Assembly: GCA_033720955.1 (NCBI GenBank)
Contig: JAWWBN010000001.1
Coordinates: 1 to 58,278 of the forward strand
Source of the DNA: Thermoanaerobaculia bacterium
Lineage (GTDB): Bacteria > Acidobacteriota > Thermoanaerobaculia > Multivoradales > JAHEKO01
DNA: 58,278 nt
Reading direction: 5' to 3'
The notes below the pieces were generated by a model. It was not told the DNA's origin. It saw nothing but the letters and a program-made list of their open reading frames with translations, and ran no database searches. Shown in pieces: positions 50,073 to 58,278 of this stretch; positions within the stretch are counted from its first letter, which is position 1, and each line of letters starts with the position of its first letter. The position numbers and the translations under genes are program-made.

Positions 50073-52760
50073 ATGAAGATGGACGCCGAGGCGGCAGCGA
50101 CCGTCACCCCAGAGGACATCGATCCCCAGGAGACCCAGGAGTGGAAGGAGGCGCTCGAGGAGGTCATCGAGCGCGACGGCCCGGAGCGGGCCCACTTCCT
50201 CATCGAGCAGTTGGTGGACAAGGCCCGGCGCAGCGGCGCCTACCTTCCCTACAACGCCACCACGGCCTACATCAACACCATCCCTCCGCACCAGGAGGCC
50301 CGGCGTCCCGGGGACCCGGCCCTCGAGCGGCGGGTGAAGAGCATCATCCGCTGGAACGCCACCGCCATGGTCGTCAAGGCCAACCGGGGTCCCGGCGGGC
50401 TGGGCGGGCACATCGCCACCTACCAGTCGGTCGCCAACCTCCTCGAGGTGGGCTTCAACCACTTCTTCCGAGCCCGCAGCGAGGACCACGGGGGCGACCT
50501 GGTCTTCCTGCAGGGCCACAGCTCCCCCGGCGTCTACGCCCGCGCCTTCCTGGAGGGCCGGCTCACGGAGGAGCAGCTCCTCAACTTCCGCCGCGAGGTG
50601 GCTGGGGAGGGTCTCTCCTCCTACCCGCACCCGTGGCTGATGCCGGAGTTCTGGCAGTTCGCCACCGTGTCCATGGGTCTGGCGCCCCTCATGTCGATCT
50701 ACCAGGCGCGGTTCATGAAGTACCTGGAGAACCGCGAGGTGATCGACGCCGGCGATCGCAAGGTCTGGGCCTTCCTGGGGGACGGCGAGATGGACGAGCC
50801 GGAGTCCCTGGGCGCCATCTCGCTGGCCACCCGGGAGCGGCTGGACAACCTGGTCTGGGTCATCAACTGCAACCTCCAGCGTCTCGACGGCCCGGTGCGG
50901 GGCAACGGCAAGATCATCCAGGAGCTCGAAGCGGTCTTCCGCGGCGCCGGCTGGAACGTGATCAAGGTGGTCTGGGGCTCCAACTGGGACCCGCTCCTGG
51001 CGCGGGACCGCAAGGGGCTGTTGCGCCGGCGGATGGAGGAGGTGGTGGACGGCGACTACCAGGCCTACGCCGCCGGCGACGGCGCCCTGGTGCGGGAGCA
51101 CTTCTTCGGCAAGTACCCGGAGCTGGCCGAGATGGTGGCCGACATGTCGGACGAGGAGCTCTGGCGTCTGAAGCGCGGCGGCCACGATCCGCAGAAGGTC
51201 TACGCCGCCTACGCCGCCGCCGTCGCCCACCGCGGCCAGCCCACGGTGATCCTGGCCAAGACGGTCAAGGGCTACGGCATGGGCGAGGCGGGCGAGGGGC
51301 AGAACATCACCCACCAGCAGAAGAAGATGGGCGAGGAGGCGCTGCGCCGCTTCCGCGACCGCTTCAACATCCCGATCTCGGACGAGAAGGCGGCCGAGCT
51401 GCCCTTCTACAAGCCCCCCGAGGACAGCGCCGTCACCCGCTACCTCAGGGAGAGGCGGGAGGCGCTGGGCGGCTTCCTGCCGGCGCGGAGGAACCGGGCC
51501 GAGGCGCTCGAGGCGCCCGACCTGTCGAGCTTCAGCATGGTGCTGGAGGGCAGCGGCGACCGCGAGATCTCCACCACCATGGTCTTCGTCCGGCTGCTGG
51601 TGGCTCTGACCCGAGACGAGAAGCTGAAGAAGCACCTGGTGCCCATCGTGGCCGACGAGGCCCGCACCTTCGGCATGGAGGGGATGTTCCGGCAGCTCGG
51701 GATCTACGCGCCCTTCGGCCAGCTCTACCGCCCGGAGGACGCCGACCAGCTCGCCTACTACCGCGAGGACCAGAAGGGCCAGATCCTCCAGGAGGGGATC
51801 TCCGAGGCGGGCGCTCTGGCGTCGTGGATCGCCGCGGGGACGTCGTACACCAACCACGGCATCCACATGATCCCCTTCTTCATCTTCTACTCGATGTTCG
51901 GCTTCCAGCGCGTCGGCGACCTGATCTGGGCCGCCGCCGACATGCGCAGCCGCGGCTTCCTGCTGGGCGCCACCTCCGGCCGCACCACCCTCAACGGAGA
52001 GGGGCTGCAGCACCAGGACGGTCACAGCCACCTGGCGGCCTCGGCGGTGCCCAACTGCGTCGCCTACGACCCCACCTACGGCTACGAGCTGGCCGTGATC
52101 CTCCAGGACGGCCTCCGGCGCATGTACCAGGAGGACGAGAGCGTCTTCTACTACCTGACGGTCCTCAACGAGAACTACCCGCATCCGTCCATGCCCGAGG
52201 GGGCCGACGCCGGCATCCGCAAGGGCCTCTATTCGCTGCGCGAGGCGGAGGATCCCGGCGACCGCCCGCGGGTGCAGCTCCTGGGCAGCGGCGCCATCCT
52301 GCGCGAGGTCGAGGCCGCCGCCGCCCTGCTGGCGGAGGAGCACGGCGTGGCGGCCGACGTCTGGAGCGCCACCAGCTTCTCCGAGCTGCGGCGCGACGGC
52401 GCCGCCTGCGAGCGCTGGAACCGCCTCCATCCCGAGGCCGAGCCGCGGAAGTCCTGGGTCGAGCAGTGCCTGGAGGAGCGCCCCGGCCCGGTGGTCGCCT
52501 CCACCGACTACGTCCGCTCGGTCTCGGAGCAGATCCGGCCGTGGCTCCGGGGGCGGTACACCACCCTGGGCACCGACGGCTTCGGCCGCTCCGACACCCG
52601 GGAGCAGCTTCGCGCCTTCTTCGAAGTGGACCGCCGCCACGTGGTGGTGGCGGCCCTGAAGGCGCTGGCCGACGAAGGGACCGTGCCCGCGGGCCAGGTG
52701 GCCGAGGCCATCGCCCACTACGAGATCGACCCCGACGTCCCGGAGCCCTGGGTCCGATGA
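50073..52760 (+). CDS. aceE: pyruvate dehydrogenase E1 component, homodimeric type
   Basis: 895 aa. ThDP motif 'GDGEMDEPES...NCNLQRLDG'. Confidence 0.95.
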   Translation: MKMDAEAAATVTPEDIDPQETQEWKEALEEVIERDGPERAHFLIEQLVDKARRSGAYLPYNATTAYINTIPPHQEARRPGDPALERRVKSIIRWNATAMVVKANRGPGGLGGHIATYQSVANLLEVGFNHFFRARSEDHGGDLVFLQGHSSPGVYARAFLEGRLTEEQLLNFRREVAGEGLSSYPHPWLMPEFWQFATVSMGLAPLMSIYQARFMKYLENREVIDAGDRKVWAFLGDGEMDEPESLGAISLATRERLDNLVWVINCNLQRLDGPVRGNGKIIQELEAVFRGAGWNVIKVVWGSNWDPLLARDRKGLLRRRMEEVVDGDYQAYAAGDGALVREHFFGKYPELAEMVADMSDEELWRLKRGGHDPQKVYAAYAAAVAHRGQPTVILAKTVKGYGMGEAGEGQNITHQQKKMGEEALRRFRDRFNIPISDEKAAELPFYKPPEDSAVTRYLRERREALGGFLPARRNRAEALEAPDLSSFSMVLEGSGDREISTTMVFVRLLVALTRDEKLKKHLVPIVADEARTFGMEGMFRQLGIYAPFGQLYRPEDADQLAYYREDQKGQILQEGISEAGALASWIAAGTSYTNHGIHMIPFFIFYSMFGFQRVGDLIWAAADMRSRGFLLGATSGRTTLNGEGLQHQDGHSHLAASAVPNCVAYDPTYGYELAVILQDGLRRMYQEDESVFYYLTVLNENYPHPSMPEGADAGIRKGLYSLREAEDPGDRPRVQLLGSGAILREVEAAAALLAEEHGVAADVWSATSFSELRRDGAACERWNRLHPEAEPRKSWVEQCLEERPGPVVASTDYVRSVSEQIRPWLRGRYTTLGTDGFGRSDTREQLRAFFEVDRRHVVVAALKALADEGTVPAGQVAEAIAHYEIDPDVPEPWVR

Positions 52761-54103
52761 GCCGGCAGAAGGTCCACGTACCCGACATCGGCGACTTCGA
52801 ATCGGTGGACGTCGTCGAGGTGCTCGTCTCCGCCGGAGACGAGGTGGCCGCCGAGGACCCGCTGATCTCCCTGGAGAGCGACAAGGCAACCCTGGACGTG
52901 CCCTCGCCCGCGGCGGGCAAGGTCGTCGAGGTCAAGGTGAAGGCGGGCGACAAGGTGGCCGAGGGCGACCTGATCCTGGTCATGGAGACGGCGGCGGAGG
53001 AGGCCGAGCCGGCGTCCGGGGCGGAGCCCGAGGAGGAGGAGCGGGAGCCGTCCGGCGAGGAGGCCCCGGCCCAGGAGCCGACGGCCGAGGAGGGGCCCGG
53101 CGAGGAGCCGCCCGCCCCGGCGGAGAGCGCGGGCGCCACCGCGCCCGCCCAGGGGGAGGCCGACCTGGGCCCCGCCCCCGTGGACGAGTACGAGCAACCG
53201 GCGCATATCTACGCCAGCCCCGCCGTGCGGCGCTTCGCGCGCGAGCTGGGGGTGGACCTGAGCCGGGTCAAGGGCACGGGGCGCAAGGGGCGGATCCTCC
53301 GCGAGGACGTGCAGGGACACGTCAAGAAGGCGATGGAGCTGCCGGCCGGCGGCGGAGGAGGCGGGCTCGAGCTGCCGGAGATGCCGCGTATCGACTTCTC
53401 CCGCTTCGGCGAGGTCGAGCGCCAGCCCCTCTCCCGGATCCAGCGCATCTCCGGTCCCAACCTGCACCGGAGCTGGCTCCACGTGCCACTGGTGACCCAG
53501 CACGACGAAGCCGACATCACCGAGCTCGAGGCCTTCCGTCAGGCCCACAAGAGCCAGGCCGCGGAGCGCGGCTTCAGCCTGACCCCGCTCGCCTTCGTGA
53601 TGAGGGCGGCGGTCGCGGCGCTCGAGGAGTTTCCGCAGGTCAACGCCTCGCTGGACCCCGACGGCGAGGGTCTGATCCTGAAGCGGTACTACCACCTGGG
53701 GATCGCCGTGGACACCGACGGCGGCCTGGTGGTGCCGGTGATCCGCGACGTGGACAAGAAGGGGATCTTCGAGCTGGCCGGGGAGCTGGCGGACGTCTCC
53801 GGGCGGGCCCGCGAGGGCAAGCTCAAGCCGGAGGAGCTCCGGGGGGCGTCGTTCACCATCTCCAGCCTGGGCGGTATCGGGGGGACCTTCTTCACCCCCC
53901 TGGTCAACGCCCCGGAGGTGGCCATCCTCGGCGTCTCCCGGCACCGGATGAGCCCCGTCTGGCAGGACGGCGAGTTCGTGCCGCGGCTCCTGCTGCCCCT
54001 CTCGCTCTCCTACGACCACCGGGTGGTGGACGGCGCGATGGCGGTCCGTTTCACCCGCCGGCTGGCGGAGCTGCTGGCCGACATCCGCCGGCTGCTGCTG
54101 TGA
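52757..54103 (+). CDS. aceF: dihydrolipoamide acetyltransferase E2 (single lipoyl domain)
   Basis: ATGA overlap with the aceE stop. Lipoyl 'LESDKATLDVPSP'. E3-binding 'ASPAVRRFARELGVDL'. Catalytic 'SYDHRVVDG'. Confidence 0.9.
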   Translation: MSRQKVHVPDIGDFESVDVVEVLVSAGDEVAAEDPLISLESDKATLDVPSPAAGKVVEVKVKAGDKVAEGDLILVMETAAEEAEPASGAEPEEEEREPSGEEAPAQEPTAEEGPGEEPPAPAESAGATAPAQGEADLGPAPVDEYEQPAHIYASPAVRRFARELGVDLSRVKGTGRKGRILREDVQGHVKKAMELPAGGGGGGLELPEMPRIDFSRFGEVERQPLSRIQRISGPNLHRSWLHVPLVTQHDEADITELEAFRQAHKSQAAERGFSLTPLAFVMRAAVAALEEFPQVNASLDPDGEGLILKRYYHLGIAVDTDGGLVVPVIRDVDKKGIFELAGELADVSGRAREGKLKPEELRGASFTISSLGGIGGTFFTPLVNAPEVAILGVSRHRMSPVWQDGEFVPRLLLPLSLSYDHRVVDGAMAVRFTRRLAELLADIRRLLL

Positions 54104-54122
54104 GGAGGGACGGGAGGCGCCG

Positions 54123-55958
54123 ATGAGCGACAAGGTGGAGATCGTCGTCCCCGACCTGGGCACCGACGAGAAGGTGGAGGTCGTGGAGATCCTGGTCGCC
54201 GCCGGGGAGGCGATCGAGAAGGAGGACGGCCTCATCACGCTGGAGAGCGACAAGGCCACCATGGACGTGCCCGCCACCGAGGGCGGGACCGTCGAGAAGA
54301 TCCTGGTCAAGGTGGGCGACCGGGTGGGCACCGGCGACCCGATCGCGACCCTGACCCCGGCCGGGGCGGCCGAGGACCCCCCGGACGGCGAGCGGGAGCG
54401 GCGTGGCGACGAGGGCGGAGCCCAGGGGGACCCGGGCGAGGCGGCGGAGGAGCCCGAGCCCGCCGCCGCTTCCGAGGGGGGCGGAGGCGAACCGGTGGGG
54501 GGGCCGCGGGAGGTAGCCGCGGCCGCGGCCGGAGCGGGCGGTCGGGACGCCGAGGTGCTGGTGCTCGGCTCCGGCCCGGGGGGGTACACCGCCGCCTTCC
54601 GCGCCGCCGACCTGGGCCGGAAGGTGGTCCTGGTGGAGCGCTACCCGACCCTGGGGGGCGTCTGCCTCAACGTGGGCTGCATTCCGTCGAAGGCGCTCCT
54701 CCACGTGGCCCGGGTGATCGACGAGGCGGCGGACCTGGCGGAGCACGGCGTGGAGTTCGGCGATCCGCAGATCGATCGCGCCAAGCTGCGCTCGTGGAAG
54801 GACTCGGTGGTCGGCAAGCTGACGGGCGGTCTCTCGACGATGGCCGGCAAGCGCGGCGTGGAGGTGGTCCAGGGGGTCGGCCGCTTCTCCGGCCCCCACG
54901 AGCTGACGGTGGTGAGCGCCGACGGCTCGCGCAAGCTGAGCTTCGACGCGGCGATCGTCGCGGTGGGCTCGCGGGTCGTCGAGATCCCCGGCATCCCCTA
55001 CGACGATCCGCGGGTGATGGACTCCACCGGCGCGCTGGAGCTGCCGGACGACGCGAAGCGTCTGCTGGTGGTCGGTGGCGGCATCATCGGCCTGGAGATG
55101 GCCAACGTCTACGCCGCCCTGGGCGCCGAGATCACCGTGGTGGAGCTGCTGCCGGGGCTGATGCCGGGCTGTGACCGCGATCTCGTCCAGCCTCTCGAGC
55201 GGCGGCTGAAGAAGCGCTTCGGGGTGACGGTCCACACCGGCACCCGGGTGACCCGGGTCGAGGCCGAGGAGAGGGCCCTGGTGGCCCACCTCGAGGGCGA
55301 GGGGGCGCCGGAGACGGCCGAGTTCGACCGCATCCTGGTGGCGGTCGGCCGTCGTCCCAACGGCGACCGCATCGACGTCGAGGCGGCCGGGGTGAAGGCC
55401 GACGACCGCGGCTTCCTCCCGGTGGACCGCCAGCAGCGCACCAACGTGCCCCACATCTTCGCCATCGGCGACGTGGTGGGCCAGCCGATGCTGGCTCACA
55501 AGGCCACCCACCAGGGCAAGGTGGCGGCCGAGGCGGCCTGCGGCGAGAAGAGCGGCTTCGACGCCCGGGTGATCCCGTCGGTGGCCTACACCGACCCGGA
55601 GATCGCCTGGGTGGGCCTCACCGAGACCGAGGCCAGGGAGAGCGGCACCCCCTACGAGAAGGGGGTCTTCCCCTGGGGCGCCTCGGGCCGCGCCCTGGCC
55701 ATGGGCGCCGCCGAGGGCAAGACCAAGCTCCTCTTCGACCCCGAGAGCCGCCGGATCGTCGGCGCCGGGATCGTGGGGCCCAACGCCGGCGACCTGATCG
55801 CCGAGGCCGCCCTCGCGATCGAGATGGACTGCGAGGCGGCCGACATCGGGCTGACCATCCACCCCCACCCGACCCTCTCGGAGACCGTGGCGATGGCCGC
55901 CGAGGCCTGGGAGGGCACCATCACCGACCTCTACCTGCCGAAGAAGAAGGGGAAGTGA
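54123..55958 (+). CDS. lpdA: dihydrolipoyl dehydrogenase E3 with an N-terminal lipoyl domain
   Basis: The N-terminal ~80 aa are a lipoyl domain ('LESDKATMDVPAT'), followed by an acidic/Gly linker. 'VLGSGPGGY', the redox-active 'CLNVGCIPSK' and 'HPHPTLSE' follow. Confidence 0.9.
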   Translation: MSDKVEIVVPDLGTDEKVEVVEILVAAGEAIEKEDGLITLESDKATMDVPATEGGTVEKILVKVGDRVGTGDPIATLTPAGAAEDPPDGERERRGDEGGAQGDPGEAAEEPEPAAASEGGGGEPVGGPREVAAAAAGAGGRDAEVLVLGSGPGGYTAAFRAADLGRKVVLVERYPTLGGVCLNVGCIPSKALLHVARVIDEAADLAEHGVEFGDPQIDRAKLRSWKDSVVGKLTGGLSTMAGKRGVEVVQGVGRFSGPHELTVVSADGSRKLSFDAAIVAVGSRVVEIPGIPYDDPRVMDSTGALELPDDAKRLLVVGGGIIGLEMANVYAALGAEITVVELLPGLMPGCDRDLVQPLERRLKKRFGVTVHTGTRVTRVEAEERALVAHLEGEGAPETAEFDRILVAVGRRPNGDRIDVEAAGVKADDRGFLPVDRQQRTNVPHIFAIGDVVGQPMLAHKATHQGKVAAEAACGEKSGFDARVIPSVAYTDPEIAWVGLTETEARESGTPYEKGVFPWGASGRALAMGAAEGKTKLLFDPESRRIVGAGIVGPNAGDLIAEAALAIEMDCEAADIGLTIHPHPTLSETVAMAAEAWEGTITDLYLPKKKGK

Positions 55959-56497
55959 GCCGCCGCGTCGTCGCCTCGATCGAGGGGGAGCTCCGGCGCT
56001 ACAAGGGGCTCGCGGAGGGGGCGGTGGAGCAGATCGACGACGTCGCGCTGGCGGTGCCGCGGCCGGGAGGCGGCAACGCGATCGCCGTGGTGCTCCAGCA
56101 TCTGGCCGGCAACCTGGCCTCCCGTTTCACCGACTTCCTCACCACCGATGGCGAGAAGCCGTGGCGCCGCCGCGACGAGGAGTTCGCGCCGGGGCTCCTG
56201 ACGCGCGACGAGCTGCTCGAGCGCTGGGAGCGCGGCTGGGGGCTGCTCTTCGGCGCCCTCGCCGAGCTGACCGACGACGACCTCGACCGCGAGGTGCGCA
56301 TCCGCGGCGTGGCCCTCTCCGTCGCCGAGGCGCTGCACCGAGCCCTGGCCCACGTCGCCTACCACGTGGGCCAGATCGTCCAGTCCGCGAGGGAGGCGGC
56401 GGGGGATGGCTGGCGCTTCCTGAGCATCCCGCCGGGCGGGACCGAGGAGTACAACCGCAACCCGACCCGGGAGAAGGCGCCGGGGCCGAAGGAATGA
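55955..56497 (+). CDS. DinB-superfamily protein (DUF1572-like)
   Basis: GTGA overlap with the lpd stop. Four-helix-bundle-like sequence with His residues 'LQHLAGN' and 'HVAYHVGQI'. Confidence 0.7.
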   Translation: MSRRVVASIEGELRRYKGLAEGAVEQIDDVALAVPRPGGGNAIAVVLQHLAGNLASRFTDFLTTDGEKPWRRRDEEFAPGLLTRDELLERWERGWGLLFGALAELTDDDLDREVRIRGVALSVAEALHRALAHVAYHVGQIVQSAREAAGDGWRFLSIPPGGTEEYNRNPTREKAPGPKE

Positions 56498-57012
56498 CCC
56501 CCGAAGTCGTCTGCCCCGGCTGCGGGCTCGGCCGGCCGAAGAGCGACACGGCGGTGTACGACGGCTACTTCCACACCAGCCCGGAGTGCTGGTCGGTCTT
56601 CGAGACGGTCATCGGCAGGGAGTTCCAGAACGGGGTTCTCTTCGGCGCCGTGCATCAGCTCACCGTGGACGCCTACGCGGTGCAGCACGCCGGCGGGCCG
56701 CATCCCGACAAGTCGGTGGGGGTGCACCTCTCCGGCCTCCACCTGGCTCTGGTGCAGGGGATCGCGCCGGTGAAGGTGGCGCCGCTGATCCAGCGGATCG
56801 CGTCGCGCAAGCCCCGGTGGCCCCACTTCGAGCCGCCGGAGGACCGGGGTCGGCTCACCGTCCTCGTCGTCGCCCAGACCGCCGACCCGGCTCGACACGC
56901 GGAGCGGGCGAAGGCGTGGGCGGCGGCGGTGTGGGCCGCCTGGGCGCCCGTCCACGCCGACGTCGCCGCCTTCGTCGAGCGCCATCTGGAGCGGAGGCTG
57001 TCGCCGGCGTGA
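56494..57012 (+). CDS. hypothetical protein (DUF5946-like), N-terminal CPGCG motif
   Basis: ATGA overlap with the upstream stop. 'VVCPGCGL...HTSPECW' is a Cys/His cluster. 172 aa. Confidence 0.65.
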   Translation: MTPEVVCPGCGLGRPKSDTAVYDGYFHTSPECWSVFETVIGREFQNGVLFGAVHQLTVDAYAVQHAGGPHPDKSVGVHLSGLHLALVQGIAPVKVAPLIQRIASRKPRWPHFEPPEDRGRLTVLVVAQTADPARHAERAKAWAAAVWAAWAPVHADVAAFVERHLERRLSPA

Positions 57013-57740
57013 GCGTCTCGGAGCGGGCCTGGGTCGGTCCGGACGTGCGCCTGGGCGAGGGCGTCGTGGTCCATCCCTTCGCCTACCTGGAGGGCCACAC
57101 CACCGTCGGCGACCGCTCGGAGATCTTCCCCCACGCCGTGGTGGGCACCCCGCCCCACGACGTCTCCTACCGCGGCACCCCCACGCGGGTGGAGATCGGC
57201 GCCGATTGCGTGATTCGCGAGGGAGTCACCATCCACCGCGCCAGCGAGAAGGAGGAGGGGGTGACCCGGGTGGGCTCCGGCTGCTTCCTCATGGCCGGCT
57301 CGCACGTGGGCCACGACGCCCGGGTGGGCGAGGGCGTGATCCTCACCATCTACGCCGTGCTGGGGGGGCACGTGCGGGTGGGCGAGAGGGCGATCCTCTC
57401 CTCGCACTGCGCGGTGCACCAGTTCTGCCGCGTGGGCGAGCTGGCGATGGTCGGCGGCGGCGCCATGGTGGTCAAGGACGTGCCGCCCTTCTGTGTCGCC
57501 CAGGGGGACCGGGCGCGGCTGGTGGGTCTGAACGAGGTCGGTCTGGAGCGGGCCGGCAAGCCGAGGGAGACCATCCTGGCGCTGCGACGGACCTACCGGA
57601 CGATCTTCCGGTCGAAGCTGGTGCGGGCCGAAGCCCTCGAGCGAGCGCGGGGCGAGGGCGGCGGGGTGGAGGAGGTCGAGCGCTTCCTGGGCTTCATCGA
57701 GGGCTCCAGACGGGGGGTCTGTGGGCATGGGCGGGGGTAG
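57009..57740 (+). CDS. lpxA: acyl-ACP--UDP-N-acetylglucosamine O-acyltransferase
   Basis: GTGA overlap with the upstream stop. Hexapeptide repeats. 'GSHVGHDARVGEGV', 'VHQFCRVG' and 'VKDVPPFC' are present. The LpxA-type C-terminal helical domain reads 'GLNEVGLERAGKPRETILALRRTYRTIFRS'. Confidence 0.85.
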   Translation: MSVSERAWVGPDVRLGEGVVVHPFAYLEGHTTVGDRSEIFPHAVVGTPPHDVSYRGTPTRVEIGADCVIREGVTIHRASEKEEGVTRVGSGCFLMAGSHVGHDARVGEGVILTIYAVLGGHVRVGERAILSSHCAVHQFCRVGELAMVGGGAMVVKDVPPFCVAQGDRARLVGLNEVGLERAGKPRETILALRRTYRTIFRSKLVRAEALERARGEGGGVEEVERFLGFIEGSRRGVCGHGRG

Positions 57741-57768
57741 GGTGGGGGTCGGCGGGGACGGCTGAGCG

Positions 57769-58248
57769 ATGCCCTGGGAATCGCCGCCCGGGGGAAGCCG
57801 ACTGCAGGCGAAGCTCGCGACGGTGAATCGCGCGCGGGCGTCGGGCGGGTGGTCGGAGGAGGCGCGAGAGGCCGAGCGGGAGATCGAGCGCGAGCATGGC
57901 GCTTCCCGCCGGCTGGCGGCGTACGGCACCCTTCAGCCGGGAGCTCCCAACCACCACCTCGTGGCCGATCTCGGGGGGAGCTGGCTCCAGGGCCGGGTCC
58001 GCGGCCGGCTGCGGCACGAGGGTTGGGGCGTCCTCCACGGCTACCCCGCCCTCGAGGTGGATCCCCGGGCCGACGAGGTGTCGGTCGTGGTGCTGGTCTC
58101 CGACCGCCTGCCGGCGGCCTGGAAGCGTCTCGACCGGTTCGAGGGCCCGGGCTACCTGCGAGTGCTGGTCCCCGTGGTCCTCGCGGACGGAGCGGTGCGG
58201 GTGGCCAACCTCTACGCGGCCCGCGGCCCGGGAGCCCACGCCCTCTGA
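57769..58248 (+). CDS. gamma-glutamylcyclotransferase (GGCT/AIG2-like) family protein
   Basis: 'AAYGTLQPG' is the YGTL motif. 'LDRFEGPGYLRV' follows. A ~45-aa charged N-terminal extension leaves the start uncertain. Confidence 0.7.
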   Translation: MPWESPPGGSRLQAKLATVNRARASGGWSEEAREAEREIEREHGASRRLAAYGTLQPGAPNHHLVADLGGSWLQGRVRGRLRHEGWGVLHGYPALEVDPRADEVSVVVLVSDRLPAAWKRLDRFEGPGYLRVLVPVVLADGAVRVANLYAARGPGAHAL

Positions 58249-58278
58249 GAGCGGCGGCTCGCCCCCGGGTACCGGGGC

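Overview
This is a very GC-rich chromosomal segment; third codon positions are almost uniformly G/C. It comes from a diderm bacterium (lpxA is present), but I cannot assign a phylum from the sequence alone. I support 43 protein-coding genes and one tRNA-Val(TAC). I saw no rRNA, CRISPR array, transposase, integrase or prophage genes.

Content from left to right:
- a 5'-truncated secreted LTD/EEP nuclease
- a stand-alone AmmeMemoRadiSam-type radical SAM enzyme, a molybdopterin oxidoreductase and a CPBP protease
- a two-gene nucleotidyltransferase + small-ORF cassette
- a putative glucosamine/chitosan utilisation locus (SIS deaminase, ROK kinase, GH2 exo-glucosaminidase-like enzyme, MFS transporter)
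- an operon of an unknown 545-aa Rossmann protein with glutamate dehydrogenase, divergent from pckA
- dodecin, a PAS-GGDEF-EAL protein, a SMUG1-type UDG and acs
- a gamma-glutamyltransferase divergent from an Rrf2-sufBCDSU operon, which is followed by pepF and a sulfatase-like lipoprotein
- a metallophosphoesterase
- an orphan 628-aa coiled-coil lipoprotein with a DUF2891 protein
- an M14 peptidase, a DUF3108-like protein and a BNR protein
- tRNA-Val directly in front of valS
- aceE-aceF-lpd (lipoyl-domain fusion), translationally chained to DinB/DUF1572, DUF5946, lpxA and a GGCT-like gene

I found no recognisable known defence or mobile system. The most unexplained signals are:
- (i) the only stem-loop+U5 terminator in the window, sitting orphaned in a 343-bp divergent intergenic region upstream of the metallophosphoesterase (possible attenuator, riboswitch or sRNA)
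- (ii) the NTase + histidine-free 69-aa ORF cassette, which has MntA/HepT-like gene order but a non-HEPN partner
- (iii) the 545-aa Rossmann protein coupled to GDH
- (iv) a perfect 25-bp palindrome at the predicted TSS of the Rrf2-suf operon

All family calls come from motif recognition by eye. No database search was run.
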